A DNA stretch of 64,000 nt from Naegleria gruberi (taxonomy: Eukaryota). Position 1 is the stretch's first letter, and each line of letters begins with the position of its first letter. This document shows positions 1 through 11,027 of this stretch, in pieces. The stretch lies in NCBI GenBank assembly GCA_000004985.1, contig GG738894.1; one strand, written 5' to 3'. A model generated the notes under the pieces. It did not search any database. It was not told where the DNA came from and saw only the letters and a list, made by a program, of their open reading frames with translations. A program made the position numbers and the translations under genes.

Positions 1-1369
1 TACATCACCATTTCCAATATAAAATACAGTAGTAATAGGAAGGTAAATACGTTGTGGAATGCCTGCACTGTACTTGATGGGATAGTCTCTATGACAGCCC
101 AATACCGTTTTCATCTTTCCATTCGAAACCTTTCTAAGGAACCACAATTTTTCAACAAAGTACAACTCATTCTTATGGTAGAATGGAAAATTAATATCAC
201 CTCCTGAATACATTTGGAGAGGCGAAATGTCTTCACCGTTTGGATGATTAACTATTCCACCTGATAATGTGGAAACCATTTTGGTTTGTAAATCAATCTT
301 TCGAATGCATCTATTCGATTTATCTGCCACTATTAATGTATTTTGAGTGACAATCAAAGAGGAAGGTTCATAAAAACTGATATTAGGAGAATTATATAAT
401 TGATTATCTCCACCATATCCCTCTGAACCTCCAACAAAAATTTGAGTTTCGGCTGAATTCACTAATTTCATTTGTACAAAATTATTACTTTGAGATGAAG
501 CGTAAATTTCACCTCCATTAGAAACATAGACGCCATATCTTAGAATTGGTTATCAATTGAATCATTCAATTATTCACTTACAAATTAGATTGAGCCACTC
601 CTCCATCCACAATTCTATACTTTCCATTTTCATCAATTGACTTGAGTCTTTCTGCATCTGTGAAATAGACAATATCCTTATTTCCATTAGAAACAACGAA
701 TATATTCTTTGGAGATTGTAATTTCAAAAGCTTGGCATCTACACCATCATAATCACCATTTAAATAACCACCTCCTCCAATAACGGAAATTTGTGATGTT
801 GAAATTTCGTATTTTTTGATTAAATTATTATCTGTATCCGAAATGTATACAAAGCCATTCACAGAAACATAAACACCTCTTGGATTATTAAACATGTGTG
901 CAATAGATGTTGTTCTGGTTCTATTAGAAACTATTCTAATCCTATTATTGAGTGAATCAGCAATATACAAATCGCCATTCACTGGATTCACAGATATAGC
1001 TGTTGGTGTATTCAATAATGTACCCACAGCCTTCAATCCATCTCCATTGTATCCATTCGTTACATAACCAGCATAAACCTCCACCAATGACATGGTGTTA
1101 AAAATCCTAAAAACTACATGTCTCTCTGCATCCGAAACAAAAACATCTCCATTCAAGCCAAGACACAATCCAGTGGGAGACAACATGTAGGCATTCTTTG
1201 CCTCCACTACTTTATCCAAAGTATTGTAGAAACCATCAAGTGTTTGTATATAATAATTGACAGGTGTAGATAAAGAAGATATCACTGAAAGATTCGTCAA
1301 GAATCCAACAAGAAGAAGAAGAAATAAACAAGTGTGTGTCAAAGGACTGGACACAAAACAACCACTCAT
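1..1369 (-). CDS. NHL-repeat secreted protein, 3' part runs off the window start; exons about 582..1369 and 1..537, intron about 538..581
   Basis: ORF 578..1369 begins with a signal-peptide-like segment (CLFLLLLVGFLTNLSVISS). It carries repeated 'V(Y/F)(V/I)SDxxNNxIxK/RI' NHL-type blades. The ORF ends exactly at a GTAAGT donor (…AATTT|GTAAGTG). After a …TTCTAAG acceptor the same protein continues in frame (LYGVYVSNGGEIYASSQSNNF…) with more NHL blades to position 1. Confidence 0.55.
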
Positions 1370-1746
1370 GTTATAACAATTACGTTTTGTTACTTTTTTT
1401 TCTTTTTACAATTCCACTTTTGTTTGGTCAGGACTGAGGGGAATTGCGGGGAATCATGTTGAACAATGTCATCCTTTGTTGGTAACACAACAACAATTTA
1501 TAGATATTAAAATCGTTGCACTGTCAGATTTTTGTCCATGTCCTTGCAAGTTCCTGAATGGGGACAAAACACCAATAGCTTTCAAGCACCTGAAATGAAC
1601 AATTTTTGCTCTAGGTAGTTCTCTTGGTTTCTGAAGGTTTACAAAATCAGTACTCACTACAATATTTTAATATTTAGTGAGAGCTGAATTGCGCAATTTG
1701 TTGTAAAATTTTTTAAGGTAACTTTTTTAAAAAACCTTAGAAAAAA

Positions 1747-2730
1747 ATGGCAAGAAAGCAAAACAAGAAGAAGCACAACTCTTCTTTCATAGATAAGGGT
1801 TGTAACAACCCAATAAATCCACCCCAGGAATTTAACATCTATTCAATTTGTCCAGAATACATGGAAAAACTAAATCAAAGAATTTGCAATAATCTTCTCG
1901 ATAAGTTTTTGGTAGAGTTTGAACAGGAGAGCCTTAAAGATAGTAAGGAAGAAAAATTCAGAAAGTGGAACGAGATGATTGCAAAGTTGAACAAGGTTGT
2001 TGTTCCTAAGAAAACGAAACTATCGAAAAAGAAAACAAGAGTTTCAGTTCTTCCGACTGTTGATTCGCCTTTGAAAACAACACTTATGGAAATAAGGAAA
2101 GAGTGGATTCAAAAACTGCGAATCAAAGAAAGTAAAAAGAAAGAAACCACAAGAACATCAGGAAGAGTTATTATTCTCCTTGATAGAAGCATTTCTGATC
2201 AAAGAATTACGAAAATCTATTCCGATATCTCCAGAGAGATTGTTGCCAATAATAATTACAAGTACTTTCTGCTTAATGTGTTAGAACACGGCTACCGTGG
2301 CTACCACGATTGGTCAAAGGTTCCAAGAGAATATTTAGCTGATGAATACTTTATTAGAAAGTTAATTTCATTTGGCTCAAGCTTCTATGACATTTTACAA
2401 TACATTTCATATTCAATTTGGAATAATCAAAGACTTATCATTTCATTCTTAAAGAAAACAAGGGGAGATTGCTTTAGTAGTTTTCCAAATGATATGAAAA
2501 ACCACCAAACATTTGCAGAGGTTGCTGTTAACATGGATCCAAAAAATATGAGATATACTAACCTTAATTCAAAACCAGTTTTTGTCAGGATGATGGCTAA
2601 GGAAAATGTGAAATGCTTGCCTTACATTGATCATCAATTGTTATTTGATCAGAAGTTTATGGTTTCTCTCATGTTAGAATTGAATATTAAGAATACGGAT
2701 TTATTTGGAAAGAAATATCGTTACAATTAA
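1747..2730 (+). CDS. hypothetical Lys-rich protein with C-terminal DUF4116-like repeats
   Basis: 327-aa ORF with ATG. The C-terminal third has motifs like 'FAEVAVNMDPKNMRY…KPVFVRMMAKEN', resembling the A(V/I)xxNGxALxYAS…LKNDxEIV repeats seen in other genes of this window. Confidence 0.45.
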   Translation: MARKQNKKKHNSSFIDKGCNNPINPPQEFNIYSICPEYMEKLNQRICNNLLDKFLVEFEQESLKDSKEEKFRKWNEMIAKLNKVVVPKKTKLSKKKTRVSVLPTVDSPLKTTLMEIRKEWIQKLRIKESKKKETTRTSGRVIILLDRSISDQRITKIYSDISREIVANNNYKYFLLNVLEHGYRGYHDWSKVPREYLADEYFIRKLISFGSSFYDILQYISYSIWNNQRLIISFLKKTRGDCFSSFPNDMKNHQTFAEVAVNMDPKNMRYTNLNSKPVFVRMMAKENVKCLPYIDHQLLFDQKFMVSLMLELNIKNTDLFGKKYRYN

Positions 2731-2754
2731 AGAGTGTAATGAATTTATAAACTT

Positions 2755-4326
2755 CTACTGTTTAACTCTTTTAGAAATATCAGTTTCTTCAGTCGATTCT
2801 CTCTTTCTCTTCTCAGTTTCTTCACTATTGTAGTTTCTCACAATGTTTTCAATCACATTGTATGCTTCTAATATTTTCTTATTTTCAAAGCCCTGCTTAT
2901 CGAATATGTAATCAAATCTATGGGCTAATGATCTTGGCTCAAAGAATCCTCTCTCAGCCAGTTTACCAATGAGGGATGGATGGTTATTGAGAAGAAAATT
3001 GAAAAATTCTGTAAAATCCTTCTTGAAATTCTTCTCATAAACATCCACAAAGAATAATTCAATATTAGCACATGCTCTTTCTTCATCTTCTACCCTGACT
3101 CGGAGAGTATCTATAATAAGATCACTAATTAGTCTGGAATAGGAATAGGTAACGTGTGTCATTGTACTGCTTGTAAATTTAGGTAATTTGTAGAAATAAT
3201 GCTTTTCCAAGAGATTCCATAATTGAGTATTTGAGTAGTGATTAACAATTGCTATGCAGAAAAATGAATACACTCTGTAAGATACATCAAAGAGATGACC
3301 TCCATTCTCAAGAATCATTTCAACATTTTCAATCAAATCATCCTCATCCTTTGAAAATGCTCTTTGCAGTAAAGTATCAACAAGAGTATTAGAGAGGATT
3401 CCATACATTTTCAAAGAATTATCAATGAGTGTTCTTGTGGGTACACTCTCATCATAATAAGACGGAGTACTAAGTGGTACTAGAGTTACATGTTTTGGAA
3501 TTTCGATTCCATACTGCAGAGGCCCAAAGTGAGAAAGACCTTTTGTGTAATTTAATCCCATCTTTTCCATTAAAACCAAATCTTGTTCAGTCAACTTATC
3601 CTCATTCTTATATTCGCCAAAACGAACCAAATCATGAAATACTAATTTGATAGATTTTGATTTTGCTCTTCCACAAAACATTCCTTCAATATCAGATAAT
3701 GTCATTCTACAGGATTGAAATAAAACACTCCTCAAATTGGTGCATTTAGAAAAATTCAAAGATTTAGCTTCGAATGAACATCCAACAAATGAAATATGTT
3801 CCACAGTCTCAAAAACAGTACAATCACTCATCCTAAATGTTATTCTATCGTTTGTGTTTTCTCTAATCGTCCTCTTATCATACATTAAATTATCCAGTAA
3901 ATCCTTTGTAATATGCAAATCAGAAAAGTGAATTCTTTTTGCATTTACAAATACAGTACTCAATAAATTTCTAAATTGTTTTAAAATTAAACTTTTTGAT
4001 GCCTTGTCACGAGAGGGAATTTCCTTCTCATCAGATAAAGCTGTTAGTTTAATTCTGGTTGGGAAGGAATTAGAGGTTATAGCAGACGAATCAAGTGCAA
4101 AGGCCGAAAGTGCAGAGAGTCTATTTTTTCCAGCAGTTTCTATTCGAAACTTTAACCATCTGGTCATCCGAAACTCATCATAAATTGCCAAGTGTTGTAA
4201 TGCTCCTTGATAAAAGTATGAATTGACCATTTGCATCCGAATACATTGTTCTACATTCAAATAGGAACAAATTTCTTGTACAACATTTGCTGTTATAGTA
4301 TCATGTGAAAACAAGAGAGATTGCAA
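2755..4326 (-). CDS. hypothetical F-box-like / Cys-containing LRR-like protein (start uncertain)
   Basis: 523-aa ORF. N-terminal 'TANVVQEICSYLNVEQCIRMQMVNSYF' is an F-box-like hydrophobic pattern. Middle has LRR-like 'CTNLRSVLFQSCRMT'. The ORF-track first codon at 4326 is TTG, so the true Met may be internal (MQMV…) or in an upstream exon (candidate MPKSKVVHLDG + GTAGGT donor about 4380-4412). Confidence 0.45.
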   Translation of the reverse strand: MQSLLFSHDTITANVVQEICSYLNVEQCIRMQMVNSYFYQGALQHLAIYDEFRMTRWLKFRIETAGKNRLSALSAFALDSSAITSNSFPTRIKLTALSDEKEIPSRDKASKSLILKQFRNLLSTVFVNAKRIHFSDLHITKDLLDNLMYDKRTIRENTNDRITFRMSDCTVFETVEHISFVGCSFEAKSLNFSKCTNLRSVLFQSCRMTLSDIEGMFCGRAKSKSIKLVFHDLVRFGEYKNEDKLTEQDLVLMEKMGLNYTKGLSHFGPLQYGIEIPKHVTLVPLSTPSYYDESVPTRTLIDNSLKMYGILSNTLVDTLLQRAFSKDEDDLIENVEMILENGGHLFDVSYRVYSFFCIAIVNHYSNTQLWNLLEKHYFYKLPKFTSSTMTHVTYSYSRLISDLIIDTLRVRVEDEERACANIELFFVDVYEKNFKKDFTEFFNFLLNNHPSLIGKLAERGFFEPRSLAHRFDYIFDKQGFENKKILEAYNVIENIVRNYNSEETEKRKRESTEETDISKRVKQ

Positions 4327-4436
4327 AAAATATTACAAACTAAATCTTTCCACTACTTCATGAATTACCTACCATCTAAATGTACCACTTTTGATTTTGG
4401 CATTTTTTATTGAGTTTGTGAATTGTTACGTTTTTT

Positions 4437-6704
4437 TTACAATATGAGATAGTTCATTGAATTGGTCATCCAATCAATACAATAAAAATCAGAAATTACA
4501 AATATTTGATTGATAATTTCCAATCTGTTGGTGCATTTCATTAAATTGGAAGGAGGTTGCAAGTAAAGAAGGTCAACCAGGTCATTGAGATCTGATTCAT
4601 TGAGGGTAATGTCATTGTTAAGGATTATTTTGGAGGATAATCTCTCATTGAATTGTCCACTGATGAGTTTGGAGAAGAATTGGGAAGTGATTATGCAAAT
4701 TTCAGAGTCAATGGAGAGTTTCAAGTTTCGGTTCGTTTCTAATGTCAGAGTTAAATCACCCTTTCGTTTTCCACTTTTAATTTCCTCTCTCAAATAGGAA
4801 AAATAGTCCAATAAATCTTGCAATGGAAACTTAAAGTCAACTAAGGAAGCATGTTGAGAATCATTAGTTGAGTTTCTGACTTCTTCACAAATTGGCCTCA
4901 ATCTCGGAATGGATTCGCATAACATCAATTCCTCCTCAACATTATCCTTATTCGAAATTAGTGATTTTCTAATCCTATTAATGAGATAGGGATGAAGAGT
5001 TTGTTCTAATTTTTTGAATTGTAAAGTTGCCCTGAAAAGTTCAATCAAATCCAATAATTCAGCATTCAATTCTTTTCCTACGAGCCAATCTTTCAATAAT
5101 TCAACACAATTAACACTTGTTTCCATCTCAATTCCATTCTTTAATTGATCTTCCTTCATTAGTTCACTTTCGTCCAATCTTTTCATCAAAATTAAAGGTA
5201 TCAAGGATACGAATCCTTCTCTCGACTTTACAGGAATCTTTTTCATTGGTAAATTCGAATCTAGAAACCTTTCCATACCACCAATCAACTCTTGTTCACC
5301 ACAAATCTGTAAATCCAACTCAACCAAGGTGTCCAGATGAGGTTTCTCAACGCATGGATTATATCCACCAATTGAATAGCATTTCTTTTCAGAAAATATC
5401 AGAAACGAATCATAGTACATGTTCAATAAATTTGAATTGCTAATCTTGTACCATTGATTGGTGTGAATGTCAATAATCATCACTTCATTAATGTAATGTC
5501 TTCTGTCGTAGTGATCATTAATTAAACCATTCGAAACTATTAAATATCGATCCATGAATAAATTACCTCCCTTATTGTAAGATTTGATAAATTGTCGATT
5601 ATCATCATAAGAAATGAATCCTGATTTAACTAAATTTGGAGCACTAAATGCAGACCATTCCTTTTTTTGGAAGGAATAAATGTGGAGGGAGTTGGTGAGA
5701 GGACCGAAAGGTTTCTCTCTAGTCTTACCTGCATAGATTATCAATTCATCCTTTGATTCACAATACACAGAGGTGTGATAGGCAAGTTTAGTAAATTGTG
5801 GAGCAGTGGACGAAACTCTTTCGTTTGATGTAGACGAAAGAAGAGAAGAAGCAGAAGAGAAGAGCACACTTGGTACTTGAAGCATGGGATTCGCTGGTTT
5901 GATATTCATATCTTCTGATAGAAATTTCCATGTTTGACTGTCAAGATTAATCTCAATAATCTCATTCGAATATTGATCAGTGTTATATTCGTAACCTGCA
6001 ATAATGTACAGACAATCCTTTCGAATAAAACTTGAATGACCCTCTCTTCTTGGAAGTCTTTCCCTCGAATAGATATTTTTCTTTGAGATTCGAACAGGGT
6101 TTAGAATCGTCCATTCTTCAGTCTTTACGTCAAATTCGTATAGATTATTTGAGGAAATAACCGAACTTGTTCTTCCACCGAATACGTAAATCTTGTTTCG
6201 TTTAGGACAAGCACTCACCGAGTGATAGAAACAAGGATTCAGATAAATTCTACTATTAGTTGGAAGTTGATTCGTCTGATTGTTGGTAGACGAAAGTAAA
6301 GAAGGACCAACAAGTTGATTCTCAAATTCTCTACACTCTATGAATGATGGAAGTACTTTCCACTTTTTACTTTCTATATTATACTCCAAGAAACTATTCG
6401 AATTCAATTCTTTCCTCGTACTCCCGCCAAAAACATATATCTTTGAGTTTAGAATAACTGCCTTGTGTAGATGAATCCCAAATGGAAGGGAAGAAGGTAA
6501 ATCATTGGCGAGATTAGGATTATTTGTTGATTTTCTAATGGAAACTCGAGCCAAATCTTGTTTTTCCTCATAATTCGAATGTGGTTGAAAGAGAATTAAA
6601 TCAGCACCACTACTTGATGAAGAATCTTTTTGTAATTCTAACCAGTTTCCAACAGGCTTTGAGTTTCTTCCAAGTTTCGACTCTACACTTTGCAATACTC
6701 CCAT
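4437..6704 (-). CDS. Kelch-repeat protein with C-terminal BTB/POZ domain
   Basis: 755-aa ORF. Kelch blade signatures (KIYVFGGS, NKIYVFGGR, LYIIAGYE, CYSIGGYN). C-terminal approx. 150 aa have a BTB-like pattern (DLTLTLETNRNLKLSIDSEICIITSQFFSKLISGQFNE…LNESDLNDLVDLLY). Confidence 0.6.
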   Translation of the reverse strand: MGVLQSVESKLGRNSKPVGNWLELQKDSSSSSGADLILFQPHSNYEEKQDLARVSIRKSTNNPNLANDLPSSLPFGIHLHKAVILNSKIYVFGGSTRKELNSNSFLEYNIESKKWKVLPSFIECREFENQLVGPSLLSSTNNQTNQLPTNSRIYLNPCFYHSVSACPKRNKIYVFGGRTSSVISSNNLYEFDVKTEEWTILNPVRISKKNIYSRERLPRREGHSSFIRKDCLYIIAGYEYNTDQYSNEIIEINLDSQTWKFLSEDMNIKPANPMLQVPSVLFSSASSLLSSTSNERVSSTAPQFTKLAYHTSVYCESKDELIIYAGKTREKPFGPLTNSLHIYSFQKKEWSAFSAPNLVKSGFISYDDNRQFIKSYNKGGNLFMDRYLIVSNGLINDHYDRRHYINEVMIIDIHTNQWYKISNSNLLNMYYDSFLIFSEKKCYSIGGYNPCVEKPHLDTLVELDLQICGEQELIGGMERFLDSNLPMKKIPVKSREGFVSLIPLILMKRLDESELMKEDQLKNGIEMETSVNCVELLKDWLVGKELNAELLDLIELFRATLQFKKLEQTLHPYLINRIRKSLISNKDNVEEELMLCESIPRLRPICEEVRNSTNDSQHASLVDFKFPLQDLLDYFSYLREEIKSGKRKGDLTLTLETNRNLKLSIDSEICIITSQFFSKLISGQFNERLSSKIILNNDITLNESDLNDLVDLLYLQPPSNLMKCTNRLEIINQIFVISDFYCIDWMTNSMNYLIL

Positions 6705-6961
6705 TTTTTAATTTGACTAATTTACAAAAAAGGAATTTGTAAAAACGTCGTTATGTGTATTGAAAATGTTAATATTCTTCAATATTCCAATTAAATACTC
6801 GGTCATTCTTATTTTCGAATGTAATTATCTGAAACTTTTCTATCTACTCTGTTTACAACAATATGAACTTTGCTTTTCTTCATTTTCCATCTGGAACTTT
6901 GAAAAAAACATTTTTAAAATTAAATTGCTTTGAGGATCCTCAATTTGAACTTTGAAAAAAA

Positions 6962-7743
6962 ATGAGCAAAAACAAAGCTAACAATAATTCTAACAAATCT
7001 ACTGCACAAATTGTGGATAACAAATTGGACATGTCGAGTGTGAAACGTTATGTACCAAAGCAAAGATCTGCAATGGCAGGACTTAAGGAGACAGTTCAGA
7101 ATAATTCGGAGAATGGAGTGGTGACATTGGCAGGTAATAAGTTTAAAACACCCAAGTCAGTATTGTGTTTTATTCCACCAGTTGAAGTTTGGGAACCAAT
7201 TCAAGAAATTAGAAATAAGTATGCAAATGTTGCAAGATGGGTAAGTTGCTAATTTGACATGTTTTGATGATTATTGACATTCAATAGCCACAACCACACA
7301 TTTGTTTATTGTACCCTTTCGTTCCGAGTGAATTATTTGATGAAGCTGAAACTCTTTTGAAACCATCTCTTTCAAAAATCAAACCATTTGAAGTGACTCT
7401 TTCAAAATTTTCATATTTTAATACAATTGACCATTTGACAACTAAAGGACAAGGAACAATTCACTTTGAACCAGATAAGGACAGTTATGAGAAGATGAAA
7501 ATTGTACAAAAAACATGCTTTGATTTATTCCCATATTGTAATGCCTTAACAAAGAGAGGATCTTTCAGACCTCATTTAAGTGTTGGAGTTTTTGACATTG
7601 ACACTCTGGATGAAACAATGAAACAATTCAAGAGTGAATGGAAGGATTTGACATTTACATTGGATCATGTTTGTTTGATGAGTAGAGTGGATAATGAATC
7701 ACCATTTGTTATTTCACATAGAATTCCATTCGAAGGAAAATAA
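6962..7743 (+). CDS. 2H-phosphoesterase superfamily (LigT/CPDase-like) protein; exons 6962..7240 and 7288..7743
   Basis: ORF 6962..7252 ends at TGG|GTAAGT (7241). Acceptor …TTCAATAG at 7287. Exon 2 continues in frame (PQPHICLLYPFVPSE…). Two H-x-(S/T/C)-x motifs about 90 aa apart (PHICLL and PHLSVG), as in 2H phosphoesterases. Confidence 0.45.
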
Positions 7744-7897
7744 CTTGGTGGAATTTCATCAACTTTCGTTTGATAAATAGATTGCCAATTCGTTTTTGAA
7801 AAGGGTGGAATAACATTGTTGCTTGGCATTTAACATGCTACTAGTTCATCAATAAACTCTACTCTTTTTTTGATAAACCATAGCTTTCACCACTTAC

Positions 7898-9043
7898 TTA
7901 ATCATCCAATATTCCTATTGGTTTCATGGATGCTTGATAGTAATCCCAATCTTCATGATTATTTCTATCATGATGATTCTTTTGACAACAATTCTTCCAA
8001 CATTGAACACAAGAGAGGGCAATATTCTTTCCCTCTATTGGATTTGAAAAGTAAATTAAAACATTAAAGAAACCAACCAGTGGTGAAATAATTGTGTGAA
8101 TTAAACTCATGTAATTGGAATAATCTGTATCAGTAATGAAAAAGTTTGAAATTCTGTGAAAGGTTGGGATTATATAAATGAGAACCATCATGATTGGATA
8201 TCCCATCAATTTAGAATAGGCCTTAATTCTCTTTCCTTTTCTGTGATCATCATCTCCGATAGTACTCATACCAACTTTGAGTATAAACAATGATAAATTA
8301 ACTTCAATTATTGAAATACTACTTACCCTTTCCGAAATTCCTGCACACCTTCGCCAACACAATCATATACAACACCAAAACAAGTATAATTGAAATCCAG
8401 AGAGGTCCATAAAAAGCACCATAAGTCCAAGTAACTCCCATTGGTTTGTTCTGATCTATCCAACACCACTTTCCAGAATTTCCATAAGTACTTCCAATGA
8501 AAGGTAATCCAGTTAATAAACCAGAAACAAGAAAGACAATTGTGATGGAACAACCTTCAAATAAAAGTACTGATTTCTTCCTTGTTAATTTCCTTAGCAC
8601 AATGGATGAGAAGAGAAAGATGGCAATTACAACACTCCAAATGAAGAACCCTACAGAGAAGAATCTGTATCAATATTCAGCCATGATTATTTCATCACCA
8701 TCATCACATGGTAAATTAATTATGATCAAATCATCCAAGATATTCCTTAGTAAATAATAAGAAGAAATAACAACACTTACTGATTACAAACAGCCTGAAA
8801 TATACACACCCAATCTTGATCCGTCTTGTAGGCTGTATAGAGTGTTAGCAAGTGATTCAATGAAGCAAATAAGAGAAAGGTTTGCAAATAGGACAAGAAC
8901 CTCACTGATGGAAGCTTAAAAAACCTCCTCCGAAACACCACAATCACATAAATCAAGAATGAAAAACATGCAAGAGCACTCAGAAAGCCAGAGCATGCTC
9001 TCGCAAGTGCAATTGCTGTTTTCCACATATCTGGCGTCATCAT
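7898..9043 (-). CDS. seven-transmembrane receptor-like (GPCR-like) protein; exons 8781..9043, 8327..8664, 7898..8274
   Basis: ATGATG start at 9043. Exon 1 ends AAT CA|GTAAGT (phase 2). Acceptor …ATACAG at 8665 gives …AVCNQFFSVGFFIW…. Exon 2 ends GGA AAG G|GTAAGT (phase 1). Acceptor …CTCAAAG at 8275 gives …FGKGVGMSTIGDDD…. The joined protein has 7 hydrophobic helices and an extracellular 'GKWCWI' Cys-Trp motif. Confidence 0.5.
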
Positions 9044-9499
9044 ATTTTCTTTTTTTCTTCCAATAACAAGATTTACTCTGTTGCTCTCCGAACTGTAATG
9101 ATGAAGATATTATATCAGATTGAATGATAATCTCGCTGGACTAGTACGATAATTATAGACGAGAGCAAACAAAGGGATACTTACTCCTCTCTTTAATATA
9201 ATCTTGTTATTTATTGTTGGTTGTTCTTCACTTTAAATAACATAAAGTCTTCAGGGTTGGTATCAGTCAACATTTAACAACATCAAAACCAATAAATGAT
9301 GAAGATTATTACTTCTGTCAATTACCGATTAATGATGAAGAAGTGGTAAAACCCCCATGATGAGTATTCCGTGTTTTAATTGTTTAATGTAAATTACATG
9401 TTGGTGATGCTGTTGACTGGAGAGGTGTGAATTAGCCAAACATTTTATTTTTTTTAAATTTTAAAATCATTATTCTTATTTGTAACGACTTGTTTAATA

Positions 9500-10708
9500 T
9501 TATTGTAAATGGCATGACTTTTTTTGTTTTTTCTTAAAAGCAGGATCATTCCACATATTGATACCTCTGACCATCACTTGGTGAAGGTCAGCCATTCCAC
9601 TATTGTTAATAGCACCTACTTCAACATAGGTGAAACATCCCATTCTTCTGGCCAGCAGTATTCCTTGCTCAGTACTTGATGGTTTTCTATGTCTCTTAAC
9701 CAGTAGCTCCCTTCTCTTGATTGGATCATCCCTTAAATCAGTTTTGGTACAAATCAGAATAATTAGACTATTTGGATGGAGGCGATTGATTTCAACAATC
9801 CATTTCGAATAAACGTTACGAAGGGAGGTCTCTAATGAACAGCTAAAGCAAATACAGAACATGTCAGTCCCAGGGTAAATATATCTGCGCAATCTTCAAT
9901 GTTTTGTTATAATAATTTAAAATCAATTGACTATTTGATAATTACCTATCGAATTCTGTAAATCATTCAATGAAGAGAATATTCTTAATTGACTTACCAT
10001 AATGTCCTTCAGAATCATGTAATTCCAAATGACAAACTCTTTCATCGACCAAACAATTCTTTGAGTAATTGTCAGATGAAGTTGTTGGTAAATGTTCATA
10101 TTGTGGAAACGAATCTGTACTAAACGTGTACAATAAACTGGTCTTACCAACAGTGTCATCTCCTTAATTCCCAATAATTTAATGAAAATAATTGAAAATA
10201 TTTCACACATACCCACTAGAACTATTTTGTAATGACTTGAAGTTACATTACTATTCAATTTGTAGTTTAGTATATCTTCCTTAGGTACATAAATATCATT
10301 CCACGCATAATAACCTTCAATTTCTCTCGTCAGCTCTTGCTGTTCTCTTTCTGCATTAATCATCCACTCTCCAACTAATTCAATCAAATGTTGCTTGTAA
10401 TTTTCAGTATATTCCACATGTTTAGTATAAAGTTCAGATTGTAAAATCACAACATCATATGTTCCTGTTGTCTTATTCCATCGGTTGGTCTTACTGGCCT
10501 CCGAAAACCAATGAATCCTCTCCATGTAATAATCTTTCCAATATTGATCTTCTGTTGTCAGTTGACATATTCTCAATTGTTTAGAAGCTAATTGTAATTT
10601 ACACAAATCTGTAATTTGCAGGAAGGAAAGAACCAATCGGAAAATGTCATCATTCAGCACAGAATTATTAATGTTGAATTCCGACTGTTTCTGTTTTTTA
10701 TGTATCAT
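9500..10708 (-). CDS. F-box-like N-terminal domain fused to a Rho-family small GTPase with polybasic-CAAX tail; exons about 10213..10708, 9999..10162, 9500..~9888
   Basis: ATG at 10708 (MIHKKQKQ…). F-box-like segment DIFRLVLSFLQITDLCKLQLASKQL. Exon 1 ends …HYKIVLVG at GTG G|GTATGT. A 50-nt intron (10163..10212) ends …ATTAAG. Exon 2 gives GDDTVGKTSLLYTFSTDSFPQYEHLPTTSSDNYSKNCLVDERVCHLELHDSEGHYG (P-loop GxxxxGKT, switch regions) and ends at G|GTAAGT (9998). Exon 3 gives LRRYIYPGTDMFCICFS…LICTKTDLRDD… (Rho 'LVGTKxDLRDD' box), ending KKKQKKSCHLQ* (CAAX). Confidence 0.55.
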
Positions 10709-11027
10709 ACTTTTAATCAAAAAAAACACGTGAAATTTGTTCTGTTGATTGTGATGATATTTTTTTGAGAATATTGTAAAGGTGTTTGTAGTTGTTCTTA
10801 GTTCATCATATTAGCACAAGTTAACCACTACTGGGTAGGGAAGGAAACTTAGTTTTGATTTTTGTAAACAGTTGGCAACTGGCCTATATTCATTGAGTTT
10901 GTTTTGATGGATAAATTTTGTTATGAGAGTGATGAATTAATCTTTAATTTTAAAATTCGAAAAGTGGAATTCTTCATATTATTTAGAACTGTGAACTTGG
11001 TGTGAACCACCTGCTTTAAAAAGAAGA

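Noticed and set aside
1469-1657. Numerous 60-110 aa ORFs antisense to, or nested in, larger genes (e.g. 1469..1657, 3737..3931, 4585..4797, 5117..5443, 12736..13200 series, 36111..36606 series, 56725..57008)
   Set aside because: They lie inside well-supported longer CDSs on the other strand or frame, have low-complexity composition mirroring the sense strand, and no motifs. Treated as non-coding.
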